From NCBI GenBank assembly GCA_951406725.2, contig OX597819.1:30814001-30878000 (forward strand): a stretch of DNA of 64,000 nucleotides, in the 5' to 3' direction. Under the pieces are notes generated by a model. That model was not told the origin of the DNA, did not search any database, and saw only the letters and a list, made by a program, of their open reading frames with translations. Shown one piece after another: positions 1 through 15,300 of this stretch. The translations under genes were made by a program, and so were the position numbers. Each line of letters starts with the position of its first letter. The stretch's first letter is position 1. The stretch comes from Octopus vulgaris (Eukaryota).

Positions 1-312
1 TGATGTTAAATATCTACCAAAATTAGAATTGGTATTTTCTGCAAGTTTTGCTGCCACAATAAACTTAACACATCCCACAAAAAAATAGTTTCAAACATGA
101 CATTCCTAAATAAAAGATAGATTGGTATATATAAAATTGCTTTCTGCAGTTAAAGGTAATGAAATTTTGAGTGAATATATCTGATTTTTGCAGTAAAAGA
201 GTTAAACTAATTCAATGACTAAAGAAATACAATAAATCACAAAACAGTGTCTAATTGAAGGACTGAAAAACTACAATTAATTATGAAACCGGATGCTACA
301 CTTCAATGAACA

Positions 313-541
313 TTATGATACATCTGCGATAAATAGTAAGATTTGAAAGTTCAGCTGCTTCATTTGACACCTTTCGTCAACAATTTTTTTATTCATAAAG
401 CAATAATTAGAAGGATTTGTGGCTGTCATGAAACCCATATTGTCAAATTTCAAAGCTTCATGTCTAGACATGAAAATTAAACCTAACAACAGTAGGCCGA
501 TACTGGCCAGGAAAGCTGCAAATTTTTGTGGTTTGTTATCA
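313..541 (-). CDS. Possible exon with a hydrophobic segment (alternative terminal exon or neighbouring gene)
   Basis: tttttttttatcttgtacag acceptor; open frame DNKPQKFAAFLASIGLLLLGLIFMSR...ADVS*. Confidence 0.25.
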
Positions 542-1082
542 CTGTACAAGATAAAAAAAATATAACAATAAATATTAATTTCTTAAATTTGTTAAAAAGG
601 GAAGGGAGTTAATCATGCTAGGCATTCTATTGACTCTCAGATATGAAAGACTGTGAACTAAACTAAATGCTTTGATTCAATTAGTTTTGGTATATACCAT
701 TTCTGTCACTCCAGCAAATTAGATAATGATTTCAAATAATTAGACATGATGATATAGCAGGTATGGGGAATAATATGTCAAAAAGCTGTTTATTTTAAGT
801 GACCATGATGACTTAGAGATAAGAAGAGGGGGAGAAATGTTGATAAAAAAATATAATTTTATTTCAAACAACCTTTTCTCTTCTCTCACCTCAAATCACC
901 AAGAAATCAATCATTTTGTATAATTCCCAATAACCTTCTTGGCTTCACCCTCAATGTTCCTCTTCCAATTGGTAAGGAAATCTGCTGTTGTCTTCAGAAG
1001 GTTTCTAGTTTAAAAGGTTTTATGCAGACGTAAGTGTAATTATGAGAACATGCAATGTATCAATGTCATACATGTGTGTGTA

Positions 1083-1140
<58 letters not shown>

Positions 1141-2345
1141 CACACATGTGTATTGATGGTGAACACATCATATACCTTTAATGATATAAAAGAGTGGAAT
1201 AAAACTTCAGCATACACCCAATTCATATTGTAATATAAAACATTTTAACCCCTCCCCACATACACACACACATACACATACACCTTTTTTTTTGTGTCTC
1301 TCTTGGTAACAAGACTGTTGTTCATAAGCAGGACATTAATAGCAAAGATGAATGGTAAGAACTTGAAATCATGATATTTTTAATTCTTACACCTTCAGAA
1401 ACAGAACAAATAAAAATACAGTTTCACTTTTATTGTTTGTTAAATTATGCTCCCAAAACTCAAGATATTATTTACAGATGCATTATATTGTGTACATCTA
1501 TTGCAGTAAGTCATAAATACATTCAACAAATATATATATATATTTAACATGAAAGAAAAGAAAAAAAAAACAATTGGTAAAAATTTGGTAAAATTGCACT
1601 TGGTAACATTAACATGTGTGTATATGTATTTATGGATATGTGTGTGTGTGTGTGTTCAGGATGTGCTATGTGCTGTCTGCGAAAGTCATGAAATAGCAAT
1701 TATATTTGTTTAAGTAAGTTAATTACCTATTTGTAATAGATTACTTCCTAATAATATAAAATGCTTTACACACACACACATACATACACACTCTCTGAGT
1801 CATGCACAAAATCTCTTTTACTAATATTTGACAAGCAAGACTGTTTTTCATGATTTTATCATATCAGCATTGTGTCATTGTCTTTACTTGAACCATACAG
1901 CAATGACATCTGGTGATTTCTCTCCAGGTCATCTTTTAAGTAGAGTAAAATTTTGTGAGGTAAAACAGATATCTGTTTTGCTTTTTTTTTTTTGTCTGCC
2001 AGAGCATAAAAGAAAAACTTTGCCTTAACCAAACTAAATAATATACTAAGATAAAAAGGATTAAGATTCTCATATTTGACTTTTTTCCACATCAGATTTT
2101 TTTCTCTCTCAGTGGCAGAAACAAAGCACAAATTACATAGTTCAAATCCTGAGAAAAGATAAAAGTTATAATATAATAATAATAGTCTGTAACATACATA
2201 AACAGTCTCACATTTTAGTGGAGGGTACACATGATGAAGACTGGCCCCACTCTGTACTCATTTTATTGGCCCCAGCGGTACTCATTTTATTGGCCCCAGA
2301 AGGATGAAGAGTATCTTTGACTTTAGTGGGGTTAAGGAAAACTTG

Positions 2346-2573
2346 TTAACCCCTTGCAGACGGGAAGCAGTACTGACTGCATTGAAACACTATGTGTGTG
2401 AGCAGTGTGATGTCTCGCTCTGTACAGCACCATGTTTTCAAATATACCAAACTGAGAAAAATTTGTAAATACACTGTAAAATTCCTTGTCTGGAAAATTA
2501 TGTAGTTACTGAACAGCCTAATACTGGTATACAGCATAGACGGACAGTACTAAGTACGCCTGCAAGGGGTTAG
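2346..2573. mobile_element. piggyBac-like MITE
   Basis: ttaa-ccccttgcagacg ... cgcctgcaagggg-ttag terminal inverted repeats. Confidence 0.7.
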
Positions 2574-3062
2574 AATAGATTTTAGTGTTTATTGCAAAAA
2601 TGCATTACTTATAAATAATCACAAAATTTCAATGTTAATCTTGGGGTACAAGCAGGTAATGCGATTAGCACATGGAACTAAAGATTTAGATTACAATATG
2701 TAGCCCAGCATAGAGAGTGAATAGTTCATAGGAGAATCATGCCATATGCCAAGCTATGAGATAGCATCACTTAGCTAGTTCAAAGCATGCTATTTAATCG
2801 TTACTTTAGTCTTAGCGTTTGTTTATTTCAAACAACTGTGACAAAACTATTTAAAAAACTAAAAATGAAATTAGTAACTCTTCCTACTAAATTTTCAACT
2901 ACAGAAAGTCACTTCAATAAATGATTTCTTGTAATATTTATAAATGATATATATTAACATCTAAATATATCATGTTCATAAAATAATGTTCAAATTTACT
3001 TTTTATAACGTTTACATCACCAACTTTCAGTGTCCACAATATACCACTTCTGACATACATCA

Positions 3063-3118
<56 letters not shown>

Positions 3119-3981
3119 TCACACACATACACTACATACATACATATGCACACCAACATACATACGTATACACACAGGCACAAATGAGAAAAAATAATGA
3201 TATGTACATAAGCATATACAATATCTGCCTCAATAACTGATTAAAAAAAGTGAGGCAAAAATCGGAAAATATAGGATGAATGTGTGGAGGTTTAGTGAAA
3301 TAATGTATAAGTTTTAGGAACATTTTAAAGCAATTAGATTGCAAACAAGAGGTTTTTGAAGTCCAGTGTTTCAACAAGTAAGCTGATGAAAGAGTGAGAT
3401 GAGATTTGGTGGAGAGGCAAGAATAATATAACATTTAACACCATGCTGATTAATTATCTCAGGTTTCAATACCATCATTATCATCAACAGCAGCATTAGC
3501 AACAGTAGCAACAACACAGGCAACAACAGCATTGTCATCAATGCAAACATCCCTTCTCGTCATCGACCCCTTTCAAAAAGCAAATCATGTCAATTATCGT
3601 TATCATGAGTTTCATAATAATTAATAATAATAATAACAATTTCAATGATTGACATTATCGTGATCGATGACGACATTATCGCTTGGTTTCATCTTGTCAA
3701 GCTTGCAAATAGCCACGTTTGTATATAAGTATCATGGCCGACGTACTTTGCAATCAGACAAAGAAGTATATCAGCTTGGCGAGAAGTTTAAAAATAATGA
3801 AGGAGTGAACAAAGATGATACTGTTTGAAAAAATGCAGTGTGAATTAAATGGCTAGCAAGCAGTCTCTCTCTTCCTCTCCAACTTAAAAACAAACCATGA
3901 AAATGTGTGAAGGCATTATGCATTTGTTTCTTTTTTTTTTTATTTTTTTATTTTGCACATAAAAATAATGAGTTTGAAGCT

Positions 3982-4204
3982 TCATGGTTTGAGAAAGTTT
4001 TTTCCAGAGCATTTTAAGTCCAAGAGATATTTCAGAATATTGTTCTGGTGAAGAGCATTCATGTAAGCTAAAGCCTCTTGTGCTGAACCTGGTTCCGTTG
4101 CTGGTGATGGCTCCGGTGTCGGTGCTGGTTGCATCAGAGACTGTCCGAAAATCACAGATAGGTTGCCATTAGTCATCTTATTTTGGGAGGAATACTCATG
4201 GACG
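3982..4204 (-). CDS. ABR: ABR/BCR terminal coding exon (RhoGAP C-terminus)
   Basis: ttttttag|C acceptor; [26 protein letters not shown]...NFLKP*; TGA at 3982-3984. Confidence 0.9.
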
Positions 4205-4931
4205 CTAAAAAAAGATAAGAAAAGAAACATTAGAATTTTATTTCATTTAGAACCACATGGACTTCAGATTTATAAGGAGCTTTTTGTCTAGCCCCAAATC
4301 CCTTCTGATTAAGAAGAACAATAATCAATAGCACTTCAGCCCATAAAGTAGCTTTTATCTGTTTCAGTCATTGAGCTGCAACTGGACTAAGGGTTGTGCA
4401 TTGGCTGTCTCAGCACCTATCAAGGTGCACAACATACACCACACACTTCACACCAGATAATGAACCATCACTCAGCAATGGCCCAATCCCTTCTCCATTG
4501 AGTGAGCAAGGAAACTATGGCATGCTGGAATGCTGCCTTGAAGGGTTTTAGTGAAACAGATCAAGCCCAGTAACTATTTTTATCTCTGGCACATATTCTA
4601 TCAGTCTCTTTTTACTGAACCACTAAGTTATGGGGACATAAACAAATCAACACTGGTTGTCAAACAGTGGCAGTGAGGGACAACCACAGGTATAAAGATA
4701 TACACACATAGACACTTGCCCAAGGTGTCACACAGTGAGACTGAACCTGAAACCACATGATTGCAAGGCAAGCTTCTAACTACACAATCATGCCTGATGT
4801 TTGTTTGCTTCTTTTTCTCTTTGTATATCTGGGACTACACTGTGAGATGTATCCTTTATTTTTTATAAGATGGTGGTTAGTTAGTCCACATTATTCCATA
4901 AGAAACATAGGGCTGGTTTCCCTGTTTCTCT

Positions 4932-4968
<37 letters not shown>

Positions 4969-7900
4969 TCAAGTACATAAACATCGAAATAAATATCAAA
5001 TGGAAATAGTAGTTGTGATACCTATGCCAGTGTCATGTAAAAAGCACCAACCGATCGTGGCCGCTGCCAGCCTCCCATGGCACCTGTGCCGGTGGCACAT
5101 AAAAAGCACCCACTACACTCACGGAGTAGTTGGCGTTAGGAAGGGCATCCAGCTGTAGAAACACTGCCAGATCAGACTGGAGCCTGGTGCAGCCTCCTGG
5201 CTTCCCAGACCCCGGTCGAACCGTCCAACCCATGCTAGCATGGAAAACGGATGTAAAAAAAAAAAAGAAAATATATATTCTACAGAAACAGTATTTAATC
5301 TGGTTCCTAATGTATAGGTACCAGATTAAATCCTGGAGATCAGTATAATTGACTAACAAAACAAAAAGAAAAAAATCCTTGAAGGCAGTGCTCTAGCACG
5401 GTCAGAGTCTAATAATTAAAATCAATAAATGATTGAGAGAATGTATTAGTAACTTACCATTTGAGATGATCAAGCATATGTAGAAGTATGTTATAATTGA
5501 CCTCAGGAAGAGAATGAATCAGGGAGATGAGTTCTTTTTCTTTCTGTTCAGGTTCTTTTATATCTGTTCAATGTGAAAAGAGACAGTGAGATGGAGACTG
5601 TTGCTGTTTTTATTCTAACATCCCACTGGATCAGCATTATTGTGTTGTTGTTATTACTATTGGATCTTTTCTGTTTTAACGGCAGTTTTTAACATAATTT
5701 CTAGGTAACTAAAAAAAATTTAAACTTCGTATACTGGTAGAATGTGTTTATAAAACATCTTTTTCTCTTGGCTTTATTGAGAAAGTTCTATAGTTTGTAA
5801 GATATTTGTTGTTTTTTTTCTTCAATTTCTGCAATTTCAACCAATCATTGACATCCATTGAGGTAAAAAAACATTCTGTGCCGTATGAATATGTCCCTCG
5901 TTTAAGAAACAGATTGGGTTTATTTACATTTATTTACATTTGTGAAGAAAAAAAGATACCCTTCCCCCACCCCTAACCGTAACCCTAAAACAGATTGAAA
6001 TGCAATAGATCAATACTAGGGTCATAATTATGGGTGACAATTTCATATGACACTGCTAGAAAAAACTGCTGTTCAAATCGAAAAAATCCTTATTATTTAA
6101 TTAAACATAAGTAATATCTTGTTCTATAATTTTTCCTAAATTTTTAAACTTAACAGCAATAATCCTGTTATTTTATCCACAATGTGTCACAAAGTCAAAG
6201 AGGATGAAACCCACTGGAGTATGCATGCATACATATATGTATTAACATCCATCTATATAACATACCATGATAGATGGTTCGATTCTAACAGAGTATATTT
6301 CTCCCACAATGAGAACAGATAGAAAAAAATCTCCATTTAGACTTTTCCATTGGGGAAAAAAATCATACCTGTGACAACTTTTATATCCAACTTAATGTGG
6401 ATGTCTTGTCAGAACACTAAATATTGCAGTATTAGCCTTGAGAGGTCCTCTCATATAGATGCATGGTGCATTAAAGCACAGGTATGAATCATAGCAAACG
6501 AGAATGGTCTATTATGATCTATGCTTTTATGCACCATGTGTCTATGTATTTGATGTTGGGTATAAAGATTGCTTTTTGGTACTAATACTGCCTCTGTTGC
6601 TAATAATTATTTTCATACCTGTGACTCATAAATAAGTATGACTGGTAGCATCTAAAATACTTTGGCCAATAGTTTTAAGTGTTAATAGTAGCATCTGTAA
6701 TACATTGATTGTGTAGTCATGGGCAGACATCAACACACACTCAACCTTCCACCATTTGGTGCAGTGGAGCATCCAGGATGAAACAGTTAGATAATGAAAA
6801 GGCTATACCCAATACAAGGCTGAGAAAACTGGAGCAAAATGAAATGGAGCACCTGGCCAAAGAGCACACTGCATCATCACATGGTGTAGCAATTGAACTC
6901 ATGATGTTATGATTAGGAATGTGTTGTGTGGACGCCCCCAGACGATGAAGTAGGCTAGCTCAATACGTAGATATAGAGGGAGAAGCCTAGACGTCAAAGA
7001 GAGAGCACAGTTGAGTAGCAGAGAACAGTTGAGTAGTACTGAGGTAGAACAGAGCGGAGTTGAGTGGAGTAGTAGAGGCGTCTGAACGTGCGACATAACA
7101 GACTGCAATACCCTAACCTCTAACCTGCACAGATTTTGATTGAAACAAGATATTTTAAAAAAAGATACTAAAATGGTTAGTTAGTATAACCACTGTATTT
7201 TAGCATGATTTTTCTTCATATAAACTGCAAATCAATTTGATTTGTTTACAATAATTTGAAAGATTCAGTTGGCTGAGTTATTGGAATTTGTCCTACCCTG
7301 CATTGCCAATACCTCTAACAAAAATGTTTAGTGACCTGTAGAGACACCATATTTTGTTATGCAACCCTAATATACAACAAGTATATTAAATCTTTATTAT
7401 TATTCAAAACTATATTCTGCTGTGTTACCAGTGCTATTACATCATTTCTTATGGTTATCTCTACAGATCTTCTATAGAAATTGTGGCCAGCACTGATTTT
7501 ACTACGTTGTCTCGTATTTGAGAAACAAGAATTATGAAAATTGGACAATGGGCAAATATGCATATTTCAGGAGCTTTTTAGGAGTGCTGGCTATAATTAC
7601 TATAGAAGATCTATAGAGAAAAACCTTAACAAAAAATGTTTAGCTCCAGTTGGCTCAAACAATTACTCCTTTAAGAATCATAAGACTTGTTAAATTGATT
7701 ATTAAAGTAAAAGGATGAAAGAAATACTTTAAACTTTAATGTTGGTATTTGAAATATACTTAGTGACTTACCAGAAATGCCAATAAATTTGTCATACAGA
7801 AGATTCGTAAATAATGGTTCAGGCAATTCTCTAAAGTAAAGTTTCAAAACAGCAGCAATTGTGTGAACACTACAGTCATTGTCTTCTACTATACGCCGGG

Positions 7901-10900
7901 CTTTCATCGTATCTGAAACAAAACAATACAAATATACATATATGAGTGTGTGTGTAGGGTTGTTTAGGTGTAGGCATGGCTATGTGGTTAAGGCATTTGT
8001 TTCCAACTATGTGGATTCAAGTTCAATCTTCCTGCATGGCACCTTAGGTATGTGTCTGACCAAAGCCATGTGAGTGGATTTGGTAGATGGAAAATGAAAG
8101 AAGCATGTTATATAAGTATTTATATATTATATATGTGTGTGTGTGTGTGTGTGTTTACTAATTAACTAATATTTAATATACAATAATATAGTGTATAATA
8201 TTTCCCTAATCACTCACACTCCTTTTTGTTTGTTTGTACATTAGCATTTGTTCAGTAAATCCTTTTGATGAGGTATTGTGCTAAAACAGACCTACCCAGC
8301 CCATTCTAGCTACCAAAAAAAAAAAAAAGTGTTAGATGATGATGATAAATATTTACATTAAATTTTACATTTAAATCAACTAAATTGGAAAAAAATTAAA
8401 AATTAAATCCTAAATGATTGGCCATTAAAATTTCTGGCTTCATAAAGTTAAAAACTAATTCTTTAGAAATACAAACACGAACTGGGAAATTAGTAACTTA
8501 CTTTTTTCAAATGCACATTTTAACTGTTTAACTTCAGTTAATCCTCCTGACACTCTGTAGATACCAACTTCATCTAGACCTAAATTGAAAAATAAAATAC
8601 AAAGAAAATAACGATTTGAAATAAAATGCTCACATGGTGTGTGTGTGTATGTGTGTGTGTCGGTGGGTGGGAGCACCAAGTCTGTTTTCTAGCCACACGG
8701 CTTTGGATTCAGTCTTACTCCATAAGTATCTTCTACTATAACCATGGGTCAGCCAAAGCTTTATGAGTGGATTTGGTAAATGGGGGCTGAAATAAGGCTC
8801 AAGGAGAGTGAGAGATATAACGTAAGGGGAGAGTGAGAAACATATGGCAATAGGGATAGACGTTGTCAGAAGTATATAGGAATAAGTCACCAGGAAGTAT
8901 TTCAAAAGAGAGGGTGATAATTGGGAGCACAGAAGCGGGTAATGAATGTAAAATGAGAAAGGTGGATGTCAAAGGAAATGACCTGGAGGGAGGAAGGGAA
9001 ATAACTAGTCCCGCAGAAAAAGATGGTGAAATATGTAGTCTGCTTTCATTTAATTACAGAGTATTGTAGTAGTTAGGAGAGTGATGGAAGGATCAGTGAT
9101 AGGAAGATGTGGTGTTTATAGAGGCATGGGAAGGACATATTGGGCAATGAACTCAGTTGTGTGCATACACCTTACACATCCAGAATCTCAATTTCACAAT
9201 GCTGGGTCAATTCTTTAATCACTGTATATTACCAATCACCTTGATTCTTTGCCATCTCTTCTGTGAAGTTCAAAATCTTTAAATTGTCTCACATTTTTTT
9301 TGGTTTCCCTCTTCCACAAACTCCATACTGAACAATCAGCACTTCTCTATACAGCTGCTTTCATCCTTACACATCACATGTCCTGTCCATACCAGCACAG
9401 TCTTCTCTCTTACACATGACATACGAATTTCCTTATATCCAGTATTTCTCTCAACACATTTGTACTTTATTGTTCATGCACACTTATACTGAACATCCAA
9501 CAGAGTAAGCATGCTTCATTTCTTTTCAGTTTTTGAAAGTTCTCAGCATTCAAGACCCACCTCTATCATTTAGCATTTCACTTTGTACATAAACATCATA
9601 CAAATTGCTATAGTAATACACATGAGTTTAGATCGGTTCAGCTTTACATACCTCTCTTTTCTATTTCTCGAGTGCAGATTGGAATGATGTCTGGTATTAC
9701 TTTTCCTTGATGGCTGAAAATAAAGGTAAATATGTGTCAGATTCCAAAAGATTAGGGACACTAAATCAACAAAAAGAAGATGAAATGACACAAAACATTT
9801 TTTAACAACCAGATTCATTCCAATCCACATTGTCTAAATTGTTCAAATATTTCACTCAACTGATTTTATTGAAGTTATCTCCCTTGCTTGTTGCTATTAA
9901 GTTTTAGATGTTAACCCTTTTGTTACCAACCCGGCCAAAACCGGCTCTGGCTCTGTGGTAAAATGTCTTGTTTTCATAAGTTTTGAATTAAAATCTTCCA
10001 CCAAACCTTAGTCACAATTTATGTTCCTAACACTAGCTGAATGATAACTAAGTTATTTTACTAAATTCTTTGTTACATTTAAAAATGATTGAAAGAAACA
10101 CAGAGCATCTCAAAATAAATACAGTAACAAAAGGGTTAAATGCCTCCAAGAGAAGGATTTGTCTACCAATGGCATGGATAATTTCAGTTAATGACTGCTT
10201 ATCAATTCACTATATTACATACATGAGACTTTACTCTTATATAAGCAGAAAGAATGCTCCTCTGAGATATTTTCTCTCAGTAATATTGTTGGGCAGCAAG
10301 ATGGTAAAACGGTTAGCACACCAAGCAAAATGCTTGGCAGCATTTCATCTGTTTTTATGTTCTGAGTTCAAATTCTGCCAAGGTCAACTTCGTTTCTCAT
10401 CCTTTCAGGGTTGATAAAATAAGTACCAGTCAAGCATTAGAGTCAATGCAATTGACTTCCCCAACCCTCAAAAATTGCTGATCCTATGCCAAATTAAGAA
10501 AGGATTATTACATCATGGTTGTTAAATATGTTTTGTGTCATTTCATCCAGGTGACTTGGATAGAGTTGTTAGTACATCAAACAAAATGCTCAACAACATT
10601 TCTTCCAGCTCTCTACATTCTGAGTCCAAATTCTGCCAAGGTTGACTTTGCTTTTTATCTAGTCAGGGCTGATAAAAATAGAGTACCAGCTGAGTACTAG
10701 AGTTAATGTTATCAACTTTACCCTCCCCTAAAATTACTGGCCTTATACCAAAAGCAGAAAGAATTATTACATTGACTTCTTCCTTTTTTTAAAAAAAACA
10801 TTTAAGTGAAAAGATACAAACCAACAGAAAAACATGTATTCTAAAAAAATTTGTCTGTTGTTTCTTATCATTAAAGATGTATTAAAATTCAAACTAAATC

Positions 10901-13900
10901 TTAATATGTCAGTCATAGGAACGCAAAATAATTTTCATAATGTCTTAACCCTTTAGCCTTTAAACCAAGCATATCTGGCCAAAATATTCAATTTGCTTTA
11001 TGGTTCAGAGTTACCATATCTGGCCACTCACACCTACCCTGCAATATTATTTTGAAAATAAACTATTACGTTATCAAAATCTTGAAGCTGCAAGGTTATG
11101 CATGATTAATTTAAAACAATGTGAATAAATGAGCTTTATATTTTACAGAATAATCTGTATGTTAATGGGTTAATAGTAAAAACACTTTCCACAAGTAAGA
11201 AAACCCTATTTTTTAAGTTCTTATTAAATATATACATTAAAAATAAATAAAGCCAATAAGCTAATGTTTTTAACATCAACTCACCTGAGACAGCATTCAC
11301 TAAAATATATATATCAAAATCTTCTATTTAGTATAATCACTAATAATTAGTAGCTATAAATACAATATTATTGCTATAGATAGACAGAGAAAGGTAATGA
11401 GTTGCAAATAAAAACACAACAATGAGTGAAACTGGCTTAGCAGATCCCTCATTTTCTGTCCACAACAGAAAACATATATACATAACGACAGTCATTTACA
11501 ACTATTTAGGATATTTGATTAATTTTCATTAATTTAAACATGCAGTGCCACCATAGTTGGTTCTGTAATATACCATAATATTGACAACAAACACCACAAA
11601 TGCTTCAATAATTAATACATGTTACGATTAGGGAGAGCGAATATTTTTTTTACTGTAATCTTGAGCCAACCAGTGCTTTGTGAATGCTATTAGTAGACAA
11701 AGTGGCAGAAACTGCGTGGAATCTTGTCTTATATACTTTTTTTTTTTTTTTTTGAATGGTGAAACTTGAAGGAGATTAAGCTATAAATAACAGTGTGCAA
11801 AATTTGAGTTAAAAAACCTTTGGGTATAAAAAAGCTGAAGACTACTCAAAATTCAATAATCCAATGTTTACATATTATTTATAGCTTTATCTGCATAGAA
11901 TTTCACAACTTCAACAACAGAATTATTTCACATTATCTTGGACTTTCTAAATTCTTATGACATTAACTATATATGTATATATATACTATTTAATAATAGT
12001 TTGAGCTCCAAACAAAAGAACTGAGTGTCACTTTCTTTTGTTTATACACATATACATAGAGCAAAGTTTAATGTGAAAAATCTGGTGTTTGTGTTTGGTT
12101 TTCATTGCTTGACTTTCAGTGAATGTCCCCATAATTTGTCGCCCCCACAAATTAGTAGTTTTAATAAATATAAGGCAAAAAAAGGAGCTAAGGTCAATAG
12201 GATAAGTGCTAGAATTAAAATAACTGTTGGGGGTCCTTTTGATCAACTAAAACAACTTTTCAAAGCAGTGCCCTAGCATGGACATAGCCCAATGACTGAA
12301 ACAAGTAAAAAAAATAAGATAATATAATATATATACTAGCTGACTACGTGCCATCAATAATGACGGCCAGTAGTAGTATTTTATATATAAATTAGGTACA
12401 AAATAAGGTACATAATAATCACACATACAAACATACACATACTTTCCTTGTACATGCACACACATATACTCACACAAAGTTGAAACACTGATTTTTTTTT
12501 CTACCCCTTCCTTATTCATCTATCACCCCTTCCTTTCTCTCATTGCTATTACTTTCTCTCACTCCCTCTCAGTCAGGGTCATTGCTCTCACTACTTCTCC
12601 TTCACTGAATTACTATTTTCTCTCCTAACTCTGCATCTGGCATGATTATGGACAAATATATATAATATATATACAAATATATAAAAACACTACACTCATT
12701 ATATTAGGAGATATGTAAAGTTATAGATATTTTACTAAACTCCTTTAAAGTTTTGATTATACTGAAAAGCAATTGAAATAAACAGCCAGTCCATCTAAAA
12801 ATCTAGTCATATAAGGGTTAACTAAAGGAATGATTTGATGTTATATCAATACCAATCATGTCATGATAACATATATATAGGAGCCTATAACAAGCTGTAA
12901 AGATACTTTAATAAAATATTATCACAAGACAAAGGATTTCTCATTGTAAAGTAAATTTAGATAAATTAGAAATGTTTTTTTTTTACTTACAGAGCAACTT
13001 TCTGAACATCAACGCCAAAGACACCAGTTTTCACTTTTGATGGAATTCTTTGGATCATCTTATTCGGTGGAATATGATAAACTGAAATAACTAATGAGAT
13101 CTAGAAAAAAGAAGAAACATATTTATTAATCCCACCAGAATATTGCTATGCTGTGTTTTTGTTTGCTTGTTTTTAAAAAGGAGATAACATTTTAACATCT
13201 CATCTCTCTTCCCAGCTGGAATGGAGTGGATGATTCAGCCAACAGCAGTAGTTGTTGAATTTAGTTTTAAAAAGGTTTTTTTTAAAAATTACTCAACTAT
13301 ATATACTAAGAAGTTCAGTAAAAATCTTCCTGAAACATTTTTTTGCTTCGTTTTAATAATAAATTATGTTAGTATTATAGAAAAGGCTGAAACGTACCAA
13401 TAACACCCAACCTTACATGGAATGCAATTTACTGCTATGTAAAACCACAATGCCAAAAGTAAATCTTTGTAAATTTGATCTCTTTATTTATTTAATGGTT
13501 TACTAAGAGCACAGGCAGGGCAGGTACTGTAATCTTTTCCAATCTTTCTGTGACTGACTGAAGGGAGAAAGGGAAGAAATTTATCCTCAAATCAGAGACC
13601 TAGCATGAATTTTGGTATCAGAGTGGACTCTGCTACAAACACACTAAGAGACTTTATAAAGTGTATGTAGAGTAATGATGCAATATCTGTCTGAGAAAAT
13701 AGAACTGTTTGGTTACTCTAAAAAACTAATAGCTGGTGATAATGGAATTTATTAAGTGAAAATGACCAAATACCATTGTCAAAAAACCTCATTTTCCTGC
13801 ATACAGTTTAATCTAGTATGTAGTGTAAACATTCAAACACTGCCACTATCATACCAAATTTTGATGCATTTCACATGGAAATTTTGATCCACCAAAATCA

Positions 13901-14233
13901 TCTTTGGGTATAAGTTGACCTATTTTTTGTAGTAGTAAATTTTGGTCTGAAAAATTTGACTTGTATATCAAAAAATATAGTAATGACAAAAAGTGATTAC
14001 TAAAAGATGACTCATTCAAACTGAGAATATTTGACAGAATCATTAGAGCACTGGAAAAATGCCTCATGGTATATATTTTGGCTCTTTACATTCTGAGTTC
14101 AAATCATACCAAGGTTGACTTTCTCTTTCATCCTTTCAGGATCAAAAAAATAAAGTACCAATAAAGTTGATGGTATCAACTAACCCCTCCCCTTACAAGA
14201 GAAAACCATTATTATTCTGCCTAAAACAGAAAC

Positions 14234-14266
<33 letters not shown>

Positions 14267-15268
14267 GTAATGCTTTCACTGTACTACTGAGCACACCTCT
14301 TGGTGCCTTGGGTATGTACTGTGGTTTGCTTTAGTGTTATTTTTATTGTAGTGAAAGCATTTCAAGTAGGATGTGTGCGGTGTGTAGCAGTGTTATTTTC
14401 TGTATGTCATATATATTTGCAAGTTCTGGTGTTTTTTGGTTATGTATTCGTCTATGCTTTTTAACCATACCTAATACACCTATTATTATAGAGATTATTC
14501 AGGCCCCACATTCAGGATATCTCTCTTTCTAGATTTTCGTATATTTCAAGAGTCTCTCTGTTGGGACTGATATGTTGATTAGAAGGCTTTCTTTTTTTTT
14601 TTTTTGGTGATTCCTAATGACAATACCTGGCCTATTAGTCTTAGTTTTTCTATTTGTGTGCATTGAAATAACCAGAGTATAGTTACTCTGTCAATTTCTG
14701 GGACTTTTTCCAGGGTATGCCTATACTATATTCTTCCTGTTGTCATTTTGTAGTGCTGGCATAACTTCCAGTGTATATAAACCCCAACTCTGTCATGTCT
14801 GTGGATGTATTCCTTCTTGACAAGGATTGGCCAACCAAAGACAAAATGATTTATTATTGTTGTTGTTGTTATTATCATTATTAAGAGGTGAGCTGGTAGA
14901 ATTGTCCATGTGTCAGGAAAAAAGGCTTTGCCATATTCCTTCCAACTCAATACATTCTAAGTTCAAATCCTGCCAAGGTCAACTTTGCTTTTATCCTTTC
15001 AAAGTTGATACAATAAAGTATTAGTCAAAAACTGGGGTCGATGTAATTGATTAACACTGCCCCACCCCCACCAACTTAAAACTGTTAACTGAAAATGCTT
15101 AGCAGTATTTCATTGACCTTCACATTCTGAGTTCAAATTCTGCTAGGGTTGACTTTGCCTTTCATCCTTTCGGTGTCGATAAAATAAAGACCAGTTGAAC
15201 ACTGGGGTCGATGTAATCAACTTTGCCCCTCCCCTGAAATTTCAGGCCTTGTGCCTATAGTAGAAAGG

Positions 15269-15300
<32 letters not shown>

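Noticed and set aside
1020-1233. [12 protein letters not shown] ORFs here and throughout the window
   Set aside because: Dinucleotide microsatellites lacking stop codons.
5970-5988. Telomeric repeat
   Set aside because: Only 2-3 imperfect CCCTAA units inside a TIR element.
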